A stretch of DNA of 64,000 nucleotides from Chrysomallon squamiferum (lineage: Eukaryota > Animalia > Mollusca). This document shows, in pieces, positions 15,401 to 30,172 of the stretch. The translations under genes and the position numbers were made by a program. The notes under the pieces were generated by a model, which was not told where the DNA came from, made no database searches, and worked only from the letters and a program-made list of their open reading frames with translations. The stretch is taken from NCBI GenBank assembly GCA_012295275.1, contig CM022671.1, positions 17,360,001 through 17,424,000 on the forward strand. Reading direction: 5' to 3'. The stretch's first letter is position 1. Each line of letters starts with the position of its first letter.

Positions 15401-18400
15401 AATCTGACCAAGAGCAACTTCACATAAGAAATGAGGGTCTTCCATGAAGTAGTCATTGAACAACTAAAAACAAACCAGTCAGTGAGGTAACAACAAGGCA
15501 GATATATTAAAAATCAGAACTGTCCATTATTTAAAACTGGTGAATTTAAACAAATCCTGATTATCTTTTTTGTCAAATGTTCAGAGAGGGACCACAGTTG
15601 CTAAGATCCTCATTATCACTTATAACATTTAATACATTACATATCAATAACTTAAGTTTCTCCACATCTTATAATAGGAAAACTTTAAAAAGATCATTCA
15701 TAATGCTAGACATATAAGCAGAAAAATAAACAACAGTTTGAAGCAAATACTCCAAAGATAAAAATATTTTAAGTTAAATATTAATATTTCTCATTAAATC
15801 AGTACATGTAAGTTTTATTGTGATTAAAATGAAGGTAACAAATTTACATCTTTGTGTAGCTGAGAGGAAAATGTTTTTCCTATATTCTCCATTCCATCCC
15901 ACTCTTCCTGACACACTTCCAGTAATTTCTTCTCCATCATCAAGGACTCAAATATGTTTGAAGGTTGGTTAGTATGAACTAGCTCCTAGAAAAATAACAA
16001 CAAAATATCTGGAACAATATATATAGACGTTCTTCACAGAGAGTACACAGAAAGTCTCTCTTCATTAGCAGTTTTAATATAATTATAGACAGAAATATAA
16101 TTTAAGGACATTTTCAATTATGCAGAAACATTTATATATACATACATACATATACACAGACAGACACACAATAAAATAAAATTGAAACAAGTCATTTAAA
16201 TATTTTCATCATTTAATTTTTACTGCAGAAAGTGTATATGTACCCAATATGCATGTTTTAAAGCTTCAGGGATACGACTAGCTACAGCAAGTATAGGGTG
16301 GAATTCCAACATGTAAACGTTCTTCAGAGCTGGTCTGTCAAGGATATGAAAAAAAATTCATTTAGTATAACTGTAACATAAGCAATATTATTATCAGTAA
16401 CAAATAACAACAACAATGATAATAATAATAATAATAATAATAATGCTACACTGAACAACCTCAAACCAACAGTAAATATATTTACTGAAAATCATTAAAT
16501 TAAAAACAACAATATATTTTGAAAAAGTTTTATCTGGAAACAGATGATATTTTAACAAACTGAATGAAATAAAACAGAGTTATAATTCTAAATAATGACA
16601 CACTATAAAGAAGAACCTCAACAAAACAGTAATTTTATGTTTTGTTGTTTGATCTAACCAAATAAAAATAACTGTGAAAAAATAATACCTGCTGAGATTC
16701 ACAGAAATTGGTTGTTTTTGAATGATTCTGTTTGGAATTCCATATGGTGAATCAGAAGTCCGACAAATACGTTCAATGTAGGCTCTGTCATCTTCTATCT
16801 GAGATTATAATGATACTAAATCAACAAATATGAACATAACGTCTACTAACCAGCTTTTTTGGATATGCAAGTCAGCAATCACAAACTATGTAAGTAAAGT
16901 ACAGTTTTATGATATAAAAAGACTAGGGACTTTGCAATTAGTTGTTACTGTACAGATACATTTCCATTTAAATAACAACAATCTTTGAAAATATTGCCTA
17001 CATAAAAAATGAATTATGAAACACATTTGTACCATTGTATCAAGTATTTTCTTCACCAGCACTGCATGGCTCTTCAGAATACAACATTCTGCTCTGTATG
17101 TCTTCACAAAATAGTCTGATGTCAGATCAAATCGTGGAACTTGGCCCATGATGTTTGTAATCACTTGTGCCAGGTTTCTCCTCTCATCTCTATCAAATAC
17201 ATGTTGGTATGCCTCATAGTAGCAGTCAAGAACCTGTTTAAAAGAAATGAATCAATATAATAGTAAGGACAATAAAATCTGAAATATCTTTATGAATATC
17301 TGACAAATGATTAAATGGTTTATTTACAAATAATTCATTTTCAATTAATATTCATGATGATGGTGATGATGAATATTATTTCAATAGTTTTATGTTTTGC
17401 AAAAAAATATATATACATGATGACATCATAAATAAATGAATTTATATATTTTAATGTTATTCATACTATGTAATAATGATAAGATGCCAATGCCAATCAT
17501 TGAGATTTTCTTATTGACTAGCTGCTTAGAATCTTTGTGTGTGCTCTCCAGTAGACAAAACAGTACATGACAGAAAAACTGTCAAAACTACAATTATTTA
17601 CCTCTCTTTTGCCTTCTAGAAAAGCAGTGTGACAGCTCCACAGATCTAAGAGAACTCCAAAGCGATCAACATCCTGGTGAGCGTAGCCAGCAATATTGAA
17701 ATCTCCAGCTGTCTGCTGTTGCTACACGAGATAAATAAAAGAATCTATTAGTTGAAAATTTAAAATGAAAACATGTACTCAAACAACTTATTATTAAACA
17801 TAATATATATTTAACACTTGAATAATTATGTGTTATTACACAACTGACTGGAAATAATAATTTCAGTAACACACTGGTGTAAGAAAATTAACAAAAGCAA
17901 TAGTACTGAAAACCATTCTCAGACATTTAAACTTCATCCATGTTTTCTTCTTTCTTTAGCTGTCAGTAATATTGATAGCTGGATATTGACATTAAAATTA
18001 ATTCTGATGAATGGCAACAGAGTAATAATGATATACAAAGTAGTAATAAATAAGTATCTGGTTTTTTTCAACATATAAATTGAAAAGCAAAAACAAAGTA
18101 AAATAATTTGAACACAATTTGATTCAGATTGTTTTATCTGGATGTCCATTTAGCTGAACATACAGGAAATGTTTAAGACTATAATTACTTACTAAATTCT
18201 TTAGAGATGATCCAGTCCATTTGACCCTGTTTACAAATCTCAGATCTTTGTCTTTCTCAATGAACATAGATGCCATTAACATCAGATCTTTCTCAAGTGC
18301 CCTTCGGAGTACAGAATATTAGATTTATTATACAGTGATTTATGATACATGATTCATTTCATTAGGGTAGAACATTTTAAAGTAATGTGAAATAACTTTT

Positions 18401-21400
18401 TGTTCTAATTCCATTTCAGTTAGTTTTTTAACATTAAGCTTTGTAAAAAATTACAATAGCTAGAAGGAATCAGTTAAAAGAAAAGTTTTGAAATTTTTTT
18501 TTGCTATTTTGGGTTGTTTACAAATGAAGACAATGAATATGTACTGAACTTGCTTTGTAATTTTTTAAAAACCTAGATAAATGCCATAACATTCAAAATA
18601 TTTTACATGTTATGCAACTGTTATTGAAAGAAAGTTTTTAATTCTTTCTATTTTTATCTCACAACTTTCAAATAAAAATGTTAATCTGTACTAATGATGT
18701 AAAATTTACCTAATATCCTCTACAGCTGAATCATACATTACATAATAGCCACGCTGATCCTGAACATGAATTCTACCATCCTCAAAAGAGTAGAAATCAT
18801 CATGGTTTTCAACTTCATCATACTCCATGAATTCACTCTCACTTATTCTGAGATAAAAAAAATTAAAATAAATAATGAAAAATCCCATATCATAAATATC
18901 TATATCAGTTATTATTTATAAATAAAGACTAATTCTTTTTTATTTTACAGGCAAAATAAGTCTTTTCTTTCATTTATTCTGAAGAAAAAAAAAAAAAATA
19001 ATAATAATTCCATATCATAAATATCTATATCAGTTTTAAGTTTATGAATATGGACTAATTCCAAATTTTGAAATTCTTATCATTTCCAATTTCAGCTTTT
19101 GTTAAATACTGATACTTCACTGGCAATGAATAATGAATTAAGTTGTTTTCTTAATATCAAGTTTGTGATTACTGAGAATAATATTTCTAATAAAACTGTT
19201 GTAATAACTGGAAAGTTACTTGAAATCAGCTGGAGTGTGGTGTAGATACATATGTGATCCCAGACCTCCTCCTCCACCCACTGTTCCATTCATTTCTGTA
19301 TGGAAGCGATGATTTTGAGGACTGATATGTAGAAAAATCAAATTTTAAGAAAACAAAAAAAATCACAATAGATATATCTACTATTTTTACATGGCATTAA
19401 AAAGTTGTGGAACACTGATTGACAAGAAAAAGAATTAGTCAAAAAAGAGTCCCCTCAGATAGTGAGAATACTTATATATCAGAATGAGTTGACAACAATT
19501 AAAATAAATAATAAAAGTTAACAGTTTCTCATCACTGGTGAAAAAATTAATCGTAACATGATTTTGAAATCTGAAGGAAGTTCATAATGAAATCAGTTTA
19601 ACAATACAGTATAATCTTAGGATAACTGTCAGGTACCTTCTTTCATTACTACAAGAAAATTGATAGACAAACAACTTCACCTCTTTTTTTTGTAACTTCC
19701 TCCTTCATGTGACAGTCCTCCATCATTGATTGTCAGTGTTCTTTCAATGGAACGGAAATAATTTAGAATACTCAAGCACTGAAAAATAAAACGATAGGTT
19801 CAAGGAAATATAAAATAAAATAAAGACAGAAATCAGTATCAGTGAAATACTATAAAAATGCATTCAATTCTTTTAATAATATGAAGAATACACATAGATC
19901 AGATAACAAACAATAAACAATGTCTGAACTATTACAAACATTATAATTAAACAGCCTATACATATTTTTTATGTATAACTGTTGTTAATAAATATAATAA
20001 TAAAGATAATGTACGCATACATTTTGTATATTTTTATGAGGTCTTTGTTATTATATTACTGTTACACTTTATAGTTGTTCTCGAATGTGTGAAATATGTT
20101 TCAGCTATTTCTTTATAGGTATTATTTAACAAAATATCAAAAATAACAAGTAATATAACGATAAAACAGCACTAAAAACAAGAAAAATAAACAACAAACT
20201 TACTGATCTCTGCAAATCTCTGAGACGAAGATGGCGAAGCTGAAGGAAAGAAAGGAAAGCTCCTTGAATGTTCACTGCACTACCTCTGTCCTGTTCCTCT
20301 TCATCCAAACCTGGAGATAACTTACAAATTCAGTCTCATTTTAACTATTCCATGGGGAAATATCAGATAAACATCATTTTAAATGAATATCTGGGAATCA
20401 TAATTGTATTGCATTTGTTTATTAACCAGCATGTGGTAATGGTAATGGTGATGGTGGCTGCAACAACAGCAGTAGCAGTAGCAGGGAAGGAGAAAAGTAA
20501 ACACAGTTTACAATGCCAACCTCACTTATACTATCAGAAGGCAAAAATTCTCATTTTTCTTTGCTGTTAATCAATAAGAGAGCCATTCAAATAGATACAG
20601 AAAGGTTTCCTTTGTCTCATTATAAATTATACAAATAAATAAATAAATAAAAAATAAAAATAAAATAAAATATAATATAATATAATATAATATAATATAA
20701 TATAATATAATATAATATAATATAATATAATATAATAAAAGACATCTAACATTCATTAATTATAAAATGGTATAGACTGATAATTAAAAATAATTACCTA
20801 GCATCTGAACTGATGTCATGTAATCATAGCTATCCTTGCGTTTCTTTTTATTTACAAACTTAGTTGATCCACCTACTTCTGACTGGTTGTCATCAAACTC
20901 ATCAATGCCAGGTTCATTTTCTGCATTTCTAAATAAATAAATGGTACGATAAATGTAAGTTAAAAATAAATGGGATAAAAAAAGAGAAAAATACCATGAC
21001 ATACTGTTTAGACAAATATTAATTTAAAAGATTATTACAATATTAAATTCATGCAGTAAAAGTGAACAATAAATAGTACATGTGCTTTAACAACAAACAT
21101 TCAAAAACAAAAAAAGATATTATACTTAATATATTAAAACATACAAAAATATAGCCCCATATTTCTAATGACAAATTTTATTTTTATTATTATACTTCTA
21201 TACAATTATATTATTTTAAAATATATGTTGTTAAACTATCAGGATTTTATTTTTTATGTATTGTTGGATTTTTGTTTGTTTCAAAATTATATAATTTAAA
21301 AATACAAAATATTTTAAAGAAGCTAATATAAGTTTACTGCTGCTTATTACATAATAATAAATATAAATTTAAAAGATTATTTTCTGTATTTTGCATTTTT

Positions 21401-24400
21401 ACATGTACAAATTTTCAACAAAAACTAACATGAAATCAGAAACCAAATTTATATCATTACTGTATTATGACAAATATTTTAAGCTGTTTTCAGTAAATGA
21501 TGTAATAACAAAACACTTAATTTACTTATGTAGCAAAAGTTTGATGATTATTTAGCAGTAAGAACCAAACACTCTCCTTACTCTTTGTAAAGTTCTGGGT
21601 TTGTGTAGATTCTCTTCCACAGATTGGTGGTATTGAATGGTGTACGGTGAGAAGTTACTGAAGCTGCATGAATGGAAGGTGGATTGCAAACAAATGTTGC
21701 ATGCTCCTTCAAAGTATCTTGAACAAGCTTCAAGGTAAACAAATATGCATGCATACATTGACACAAAACCAACATGCACCAATAAAACAACATCAATGTT
21801 AATAAATGTTGGACAAAATAAATTTTATGACTTTGTAGTCAACCAATATTTTGTTTTTGTTATTTGTTGATTTCTGATGAAGAATCTCTATCTCTGTTAT
21901 TTACAACATCACATGTAACTAAAGTATTTTAAAGATGTAGTGGAAATTAGTGTAAGAAATGAAACGGTAAAAGATTTTTTTTAAAAATACAAATTAAATA
22001 CAAATTTAACATTTCTCAGTAAGAAACAATATAATATAATTACCTGACATAAAAAAAAAGTATACTGAGTGAATAAAACTTGTCATTTAAAACTGAAGTC
22101 ATACTGAACTCAAAATTAAAAATTATGAAGTCATGGATATTTTCACTAATTTTATTTTATCTTTTATTTATGATATATTTAATTATTTTATTATTATTGT
22201 ATTATAGTTTTTATCTCAGTGATTCATTTTAAAGAAACATTTCATGCTGTGTTAATTATTCTAATGGTGTTTCAACAATCTTTGAAAAAATGTTTTTTTT
22301 GTGGGATTTCATGTTTTCTTTTTGTTTTCTACATTATTATAACTTTGGTGCATCCAATTTAAAAGTGAAAACAGAGGTGCTTTGAAACCATGCAATGCAA
22401 TTTCATAAACACAATGTTATGAAGTTGTCAATATTTACACCATATACATCCTAATACAAATCAGTCTGTATTTTATCTTCCAAGTATTTGTATTTTAACA
22501 GTTAGTCAACTTTATTTCATGAAAAATATGCACACACAACATACACAAAATAATTATTTCACTCATTCACTTATTCACACAAACACATATGATCACAATT
22601 TTTGTTAAAGATAAATATGACTGAAATTATCTATTCACGAATTTAATATGTCTAGAATAAGAAATAAGATAGAGTAGTGATCTAAAATCAATTTTTTATT
22701 ATCATTTTCAGAAAGAGTAAGTATGTAAAATTTCTGAAATATTCTTTAATAAAGGAAAGACAGCAATTCTGGCATGTTAATATGTTAATACAACATCAAG
22801 ACAATGAATCACGGAATACCTCTGAGTCTGAAACCTTCAAAAAATGTGACTGAACACGAAGCAGCTCATCAGTTTTGTTTTCCTGTCTGAGCTGAGTCCA
22901 CCATTTTTCTTGCTTCTGGTCTTTTTCTGGTTTCAGCTTTATAAATGGAATCCAGTTAGATTCTTTCTTCAAAGCGTGTGTGTAATAGCCAGAATTTCCC
23001 CATGTGTCCTGACCTGGCTGTATTTAAAAAAATCATATTTAAAAACTGTACTGTGTATTGTTCTAAATGTAAAATTTCTTAAATATTTTTATTCTAAGGT
23101 ATATTCTAGATCATTAATTACTTCTGTTAGTTTATAATCCATCATTATTATCATTATCTTTATTATATTAATTTTTAATGCAGCATCTTAGCAACTTAGT
23201 CTATGTTATTTTACATTTCTGAGCCAAAAATAATGTTAAGTTCCAAGGTTCAGAAATATGTCATTTTATTGTCATACTTTTTACAGCAAAAACTGGTCTT
23301 TTATAAATAAAATTTATTAGAAGTAGACTATTTTGTTCATGCTATCAAAGATACATTCTGATTAATTAATAAACTACCTCAGTTCTGTCATATATTTTGA
23401 ACACTTTCATATGCTCCTGCTTTGTGAATATCTGTTTGAATTTTCGGTTGACAGCAGCAAACATCTCCATTTCATCAGCTGAATTTTTGATGGAATCAAG
23501 ATCCTAAAATATAATTTGAAACATAATGCAAAGTATTATGCCCATATGATAAAAGTAAATCTATTTGATATTAAAATTTTTTAATAACTTTTTAGAATGA
23601 TCTATATATCATTTATTTTTAACCTTTAAAAAAAAAAAAAAATTAAAACACAGTCCTGATTAATTATTTTCATAGTTATAAAATGAAAGTAAGATTGATT
23701 TTATCACACACACACAGAGCTGGGTGTTTTGTTACTCATAACTAAATTTAGACTGATAATAGTAAAACTGAACCAAATATAATTCTGTGATTCAATAAAA
23801 GAAAAGGACTTTTCTTTGACACACAATTAAAATTTATAATGATTATTCTAAAATGAAAACAAATTTGTTTTCTTATGTACAATATAATAAAGGTTTAACG
23901 ACCTTTATTAAACAAGAGTTAAATATAGAACCTCATACTTACATAATTAATCCCATAAATATTGATCAGGTGAGCAAGGTGAGGTTTTAGAAGTGCAAAA
24001 TCATTCACATGAAGTGGCAAACCATATGTTTCTTCATCAGATGCCAGTCCTCCTCCTGTAACACAGCAGATTAAATATAGCAATATTTCATACATTTATT
24101 TTTTATTTTTTTAACAATTCTTAAATTTTGTTACTTATGCAATGCTACTCCATCAAGAACATTTCAAGACCATTAGATAAATAATAAAGAGAAAAGAATA
24201 ATAATGTATAAATATTTAACAAAGAACAAACTATATATTTTACCAGCAGTTTGAGAATCTCTATTGATTTTAAAAGAGAAACATTTTAAATAATTTAGAA
24301 AGATTCACATTAAGTAAAATTTATTTTTCAGTTATCAGTAAACAGCAGCAATCAAAAATATTAACAAAATATTTAACAAAAAAACATTAATTTTAAAAAA

Positions 24401-27400
24401 TGAAAGTTAAGAAAAACATCTATTCTTGTAGATTTTCAAATATCAAAAACAATTTAAAAATGATTTTTATTTTTAAGCTAAATTTTTTTTTTTAAGTGTT
24501 AAATATGCTTTTGTTGTTAATGGCAATTTTCATCATAAAATTCACAGTAGAGATAAATCATTTTCAGCAACAATTATCAGTGGAAATGAAAATCATACAT
24601 TTCAGCTGTAAAGGTATTTTATTTTATGTTCTAATGTACTTTTTATCAGGTCATTAAACTCTTAAATAATTTTATTTATTTTGGTTGCTGCTTAAAATTA
24701 TTATTTTGTGATTGTTTTGGGGGAGGTTTTGTTGGGTTTTGGGGGGGGGGATTTCTTCCTCAGACCTATTGCATTATCAATCCTAAACATTACCTGCAGC
24801 AGCTGCAGCATTTAACATGGCTACTGAACTCAGTGGAAGTGGTTGTGTGGACAGGAGAGCAGTGTGAATAGGAGGTGGAGCTGGGATTGGTATGTTTGAT
24901 GGTGGAGGTGTAGCAGAACTTCGCCGACGCTGCAGAACCTCAGCAAACAAACTAGTTGATGTTTCATCTGGTGATTTAGATCTAGACCCATCATCCTGTA
25001 AGTTAAATATATTCAACAAACACTTGAATTTAACATTTAATGGAAGTGATAATTATGGACAGAAAAGACAGATAAAATCTGTAATAAATCAAGTCAAAAT
25101 TAAGTAATTATTTTGTGTGAGATATGGACAGATAGACAGACAAATGAATATAATTGGTAATAAATCAAGGACAAAAATTAAATTTTTTATGAATATTTTG
25201 GGCAGATAGACAAAAAGAATATAATTTATAAAAAAACTAGTCAAAATATATTGGAAAATCTAAAAACTTCTTAAACAAATTAAAAGTGCTGCCCTAAGTT
25301 TTTAAGTTGTATTATGAGTAAGTTTTATTATGTACAAAGTAAACTGTTTTAACATGCAAATTAATAACATGTAATGCCAACCTGATGTCCAGAAACGTGG
25401 TAAGTTATTTTATCTTTGCCTGTGATAGGCAACCATTGTAAGATCTTGAAAAAAAAAGAAGATTAATCATTGATCCAAAATAATTTTAATGTGCAGCCCT
25501 AAAAGTTATGTACATGTAACTTATAAGAACATTAAACATATTACAATACCGATTTGTTTATTTTGTTTCACTTTTTATATCTAATAAAAAACAATACAAA
25601 CATGCATGTGAAAAGAAGAATCTTACAATTTAATGTGAAAATAGTGTTTCAGCAAAGCAGAACTTGACTTATTATTAAAAAATAAAAATTAAATAAATAT
25701 TTGTTTAAAAGTGAAATATTTTTTTTAATTTTTAATTTCATGCTCAACTTAATTTTGACAACAATGATTTGAATAAAAAAAAAAAATTTGTATGGACTTC
25801 TTTGAATGTGTTTGTACCCTAATGAGCTGTGCTATAAAGAAGGGTTATATTTTACCTTCATATACTGGTTAAACTTCTTGACAGAATGTAGATGATAGAC
25901 CAACCATCTGAGATAAATGAAGAGGTCATCCATTTTGATAGCAGTCACTGGGGTGTCGTGGCCAACAAGAAGAGATTCTCTGGCTATGGAGAGGCGTTGT
26001 GAACGATTCACTGCATCATGGTATTCAGCTGTGATTTTACTGAAATTCATTATAGCCTGAGTTGTTAGAAAAAGACACATTTCATGCATTTATATTAAAA
26101 AATGGTGTAGACTGATAGAAACCTAATGTTGTCTTTTAAATTTGTATCCACTGGTTGCTAAATGAAGAGTTCATAATAAATATATGTGCAAAATAGAATG
26201 TAATTAAAAGAAAAAAGATCTGTATCAAGAAAAACACTATATAAATAGAATAGAGGTAAAAATATAATTAATATAACTATGCACCATATTCATATCTTAT
26301 TATGTTGTATGTAGATTCTATGTACCAGCAAACAATAATTAATTATATGAATGGTTTAAGAAGAATTACATTTTGAACAAATGACTGATGACATCTTAAT
26401 GGAAAAAATATCACTGTGAAAATTTTAATAAGAAAATTAAATTTCAGTTTACATCAATAATCAATAAATTATATTCTAGGTGTCAAACAATTTCACTTTA
26501 ATACTGTCATCATGCTACAAGATTATATAAAATAATAAAAAGAGATATATAAAAAAATAAAAATAAAACTTAAAATTTTTCCCATTAAGTTTCCTTCAAT
26601 TTCAATTTTATTTTCTTGTTCTTTTTCTTTTTGATTTCTTTTTTTTTCTTAAAATTAATTCTTAAAAATAGTTTATTTACTGTATATTTCAAATTTTTAT
26701 ATGTGAATATTTTAAAATATTTCTAAATGAATGTTAAAGTTAGCATTAATAAACAATTTATTTAAACTTTTTGTGTGGCCTCTGCATTTTCTTTTCATAA
26801 CAGTTAAATAAGAAATCAATACACTTGAAAAATAATAGTAACAAACCTCAGTTTCTTTTTATATAAAGGGTACATAACTTCTATGACAGAAGTGTGTTCA
26901 CAAAAACGCTTCCAGCGCAACATATGTTGGTGTCTACTTTGAACAAGTTGTTGTATTTGTGTGGTAAAATGCTGTGAAAAAAAATAATTCAAAACCTTAA
27001 AATGATACTAAAAGAACAACTGACGATATTAAACCAATGAAATAAGAATTTTGATATAATTATATATAATAACAGGTTCTGATAAAAGCGATCAATGCCT
27101 GAATTGTCTAACTCATGTTAAATATATTTAACTGTCTCCATGAGCAACTTTGCAATAATTTTGAAGTGATATTTATACACATTTGAAGTCAACATCAGTT
27201 ATCTCCAAAACAATATATTGGGGGTTTCATGGTGCTTATTCTGTACCATTCTAAGGAAAACAGCTTATCAGCCATTTTCAATACAAATACAAGTTTTTGA
27301 AGTGATTATTATTACTTGCACTTCTTTACGTTTTAAACTGCTTGGTGCTTTCTTGTCACTATTGGTTTTTAATAAAGTCCACAGCATTATATTACCTGAT

Positions 27401-27695
27401 GTAACAACAAAGGAATATTCTGTGCTGTATATTCATTCTGTGTTGCATTCATCATTTCTTCTTTCATCTGTTCTGCTTGAACAACCAATGGTTTTGCTTC
27501 ACTCACCTAATTAAGTACACAACATTATTATAATTTTTCACTTTTCATTTATTCAAAACAGAATTATATTTACAGAGTTTGATAATTTCATAAGCAATAA
27601 AATCTCTTAAACTTAATACATTACAGGATCAACAATTTAAACGTAAAATTAAATATTTTCCAGTTAAATGTTTCATGTAAACAGTGTAAAATTAG

Positions 27696-27736
<41 letters not shown>

Positions 27737-28694
27737 ATAAAGCATTAAGTTATTCTGCAAGAAACCTTCTTTTGATAAGAATTTCTGAAGCAAAACAATA
27801 TGCTGATAAATACAGGTGTCAAACAAAATTTCATGTTAGAGAATTTTAAGGAGCATTCCAAAATCAAATATAGTAAAATACATAGATACATTTAACACTG
27901 AAGGTATGAAAATTATATTTATGTTTGGTGGTATGAAAAAAACATTAATGCAGCTTTTGGATCACAAACTACAAAATAATTCAAGTTAAAAAAAATCATA
28001 CAGAGCAAAAGGTTTAATTTGTTCAATATGAAAATGAGTAACTGTGCTTAGATAGAATTTAATAAGGTAATTATTTCTAAGATATAAATACCTCCAATGT
28101 CCTTTTTAGAATAAGCTTTCTTTCAAGTCGAAAATGTTTAACGTTTTTTGGCAAAGGTACAGAGCTGGAAAGAAAACAGCAAATTATTTCTACAATCTAC
28201 AGAGATTATATCAGATTAAAAAATTAAATAAATATTCTGAAACTGCTTTAAAGAGAAAAAATGTAAACAAATTTACATTAAGAAAAACAAATTTGAAATT
28301 TAAAAGTTTATTGTTCTAAAATATGACATTTGTATGACACTGGTATGATCACAAAGACGACAACAGGTAAAAAAAAAATTAAAAAAGAGAGACAGAGAGA
28401 GACACAAAGAGAGAGAAAGAGAAAAAATTAATGGTTATAAAGTATATTTTACCCTTCTTAAAATCATTCATGAAATATGAAAAACACTGTAATAAGATAT
28501 AAGATATAAATATTTTAAGAACAATCTGATGTTATTAAGTTTTAATTTATCAGAATTCAAGCCATAAGGAAATTTTACGTGGCACTTGATTCTTCCATTT
28601 CCCCTCTGAGCTCATCAAGTTCTGAATTGAGTTCATTTTCTTGTTCCTGAACCTTTTCACTTGCACCAACTTCATATATCTCTGACAGATCCAT
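1712..28694 (-). CDS. CCDC162: Coiled-coil domain-containing protein 162-like (N-terminal DUF4549), ~48 coding exons, roughly 2000+ aa
   Basis: Exon 1 28579-28694 MDLSEIYEVGASEKVQEQENELNSELDELRGEMEE; exon ~28092-28165 SVPLPKNVKHFRLERKLILKRTLE; ~27395-27506 VSEAKPLVVQAEQMKEEM..NEYTAQNIPLLLHQ; ~26847-26972 HFTTQIQQLVQSRHQHMLRWKRFCEH; ~25856-26040 EYHDAVNRSQRLSIARE..DLFIYLRWLV. These match my recollection of the vertebrate CCDC162/C6orf183 N-terminus (HMLRWKRFC, RLSVARE motifs). A continuous series of GT-AG bounded minus-strand exons follows (e.g. 24793-24995, 14020-14399, 11256-11536, 10711-10888, 8590-8753, 3097-3286) to a last exon ~1712-1924 ending RPKTVRLEEK*. C-terminal exons are coiled-coil-like. 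Phase was checked at several but not all junctions. Confidence 0.85.
6318..6410. repeat. Compound (TAA)n(TGA)n microsatellite
   Basis: Directly visible; causes the poly-I/poly-S ORFs at 6248-6631. Confidence 0.95.
10268..10405 (-). other. Degenerate partial duplicate of the CCDC162 exon at 8590-8753 plus its upstream acceptor region
   Basis: Minus strand caaaggtctctctgtcgtttacatatataatatatgcttcaccccatttag|TTAATCAATTTCTGTCAAGTACACAAGAGC aligns with caaaggtatctctttttacatatataatgtattcttcattccattcag|TCAACAGATCCCTGTCAAGCACACAAGAGCC. Peptides NQFLSSTQELVEACILLEFFLKL vs NRSLSSTQEPMEAYILLKFFLKL. Confidence 0.85.
11536..11757. repeat. Intronic minisatellite, ~4 copies of a ~55-59 bp unit
   Basis: Unit ttctaagaaaaacaggttagataacatcataacaaaataaggtgtaattctaatattt repeated with decay; it starts at the splice acceptor of the 11256-11536 exon. 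Confidence 0.9.
14876..15102. mobile_element. Tc1/mariner-type MITE, ~227 bp
   Basis: Left end CAGGGGGGTGCAAAAGTAGGTATACAG and right end CTGTATACCTACTTTTGCACCCCCCCTG form a ~27-bp near-perfect inverted repeat (one extra G). TA on both flanks; no coding capacity. Confidence 0.9.
18887..19061. repeat. Local direct duplication of ~50 bp
   Basis: catatcataaatatctatatcagtt...gactaattc at ~18887-18934 and ~19011-19061. Confidence 0.8.
20636..20737. repeat. (AAAT)n/(TATAA)n microsatellite
   Basis: Directly visible; source of the YYIIL-repeat ORF. Confidence 0.9.
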
Positions 28695-30159
28695 GTTGAT
28701 GTCTGTGTGTGTGTCTCAAAACCAGGAACTACAGCTTCCTATCTTCAAAACTGTTAATAACTACATATTTCAATGCTTCTGAAAAACAATAATTTTTAAA
28801 GAATTCATAAAAATAAAAAAAAACAAACAAAAAAAAAGAATCAATATTATTATTTAATTTTATTTATTTATTTATTTAATTTAATTTTTTTTTATTATAT
28901 ATATTTTGTTTCATGTGTAGTTAAATTCATTATAGCCTAAATGGGCAAAATGAACAAATAGCCTAAATTGAATTTAAAAAAATTGTAAACAATTCCAAAC
29001 ATACCATTGTTAGGTTAGGATAATTATGACATGTAAGTAACAGTATTATTAAGCAATTTTATATTACAATTTCTGTATTATGCCACTAACTTTTAAATTT
29101 CAACTTATTGTTCTTTTTTTTTTTTTTTTTTTTTTTATGTAATTCATATACCATATAAAAACCTTTGTTAGCAGTGATAAATTATACATTTTGAAATAGA
29201 TAAAATTCTAAGAGAGTAAACATTTATCTTAATTCTTAATTCTATTTTTTTTTCATATGCAAAAACAATGCCCACAGTTTGAAGACATGTACTGTTAAAA
29301 GTCAAGGGTAGTAAATGAATCCTTGGCTTAGAACCAGTGCCAGATGATCCAACAGGAAAGTTGCTTTTATTTAAAGTATTTTGGAATTGAGTTCATATCT
29401 GTTGTAACTACATAATTTCTGATGCTTGAATAATTGTTTACATCTTAAAGATTTGAAAAAGAATCTACTAGGTGAGAATTCAGTGGTTTACTTACTAAAT
29501 TATTGAACTGATAAAGCAAACTGTTTTAGCTTGAATTTAAAAGGTACATAATAAATTACATTACTATTATGTACATATCAAATCTGATAGCCTACTCATT
29601 TCATCACAAGGATCTGAAGAACAGTCTTCATTATGAGAATTCTTGACACTAAATACTGAGCCTTTACGAAAATTCCTACTACCTTCTTCCACTATGAGAA
29701 GTCTGTATCGAGCACAATCAGTGAATCACAACTTAATTTACACGACAGAATGGAACGATTATAACTGAATATAGCTATAGTTTATAGATTTATTATTGTT
29801 TATAATAATGCATAACGTATAAAAAGTTTCTAGAAATAATATACCGTTCAGATCTGTGTAAATGATGTGCCAAGACACAGAAAATAAGTTAAATTTTCTG
29901 TCAAAATTATTAACAAAAGATAGCAATGAATCGAAGGGATCCTTCCACAGTCATCAATATGGCAATGCTGATTTTTGTTTATTAAGAATACATTTGACTT
30001 CACAGAAATGCTGTGCGATAAAACTATAATAAATACTTTTTACACAGGGAATAATGACAGTTAAAAATATTCATGTTAATAATAAAAGTAGGCTAACTAC
30101 ACAAAATAATCAGAAAAATCTCACTATTAATTTTTGTACAGATACTTCTGCAAACCCTG

Positions 30160-30172
30160 GTCGCACGGCAAC
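30160..30172. promoter_or_regulatory. RFX X-box-like motif at the probable CCDC162 promoter
   Basis: GTCGCACGGCAAC (reverse complement GTTGCCGTGCGAC) resembles GTTGCCATGGCAAC with a perfect GGCAAC half-site. It lies in a CpG-containing patch next to a minus-strand donor (TA|gtgaga at ~30124) that could end a non-coding first exon. Confidence 0.55.
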
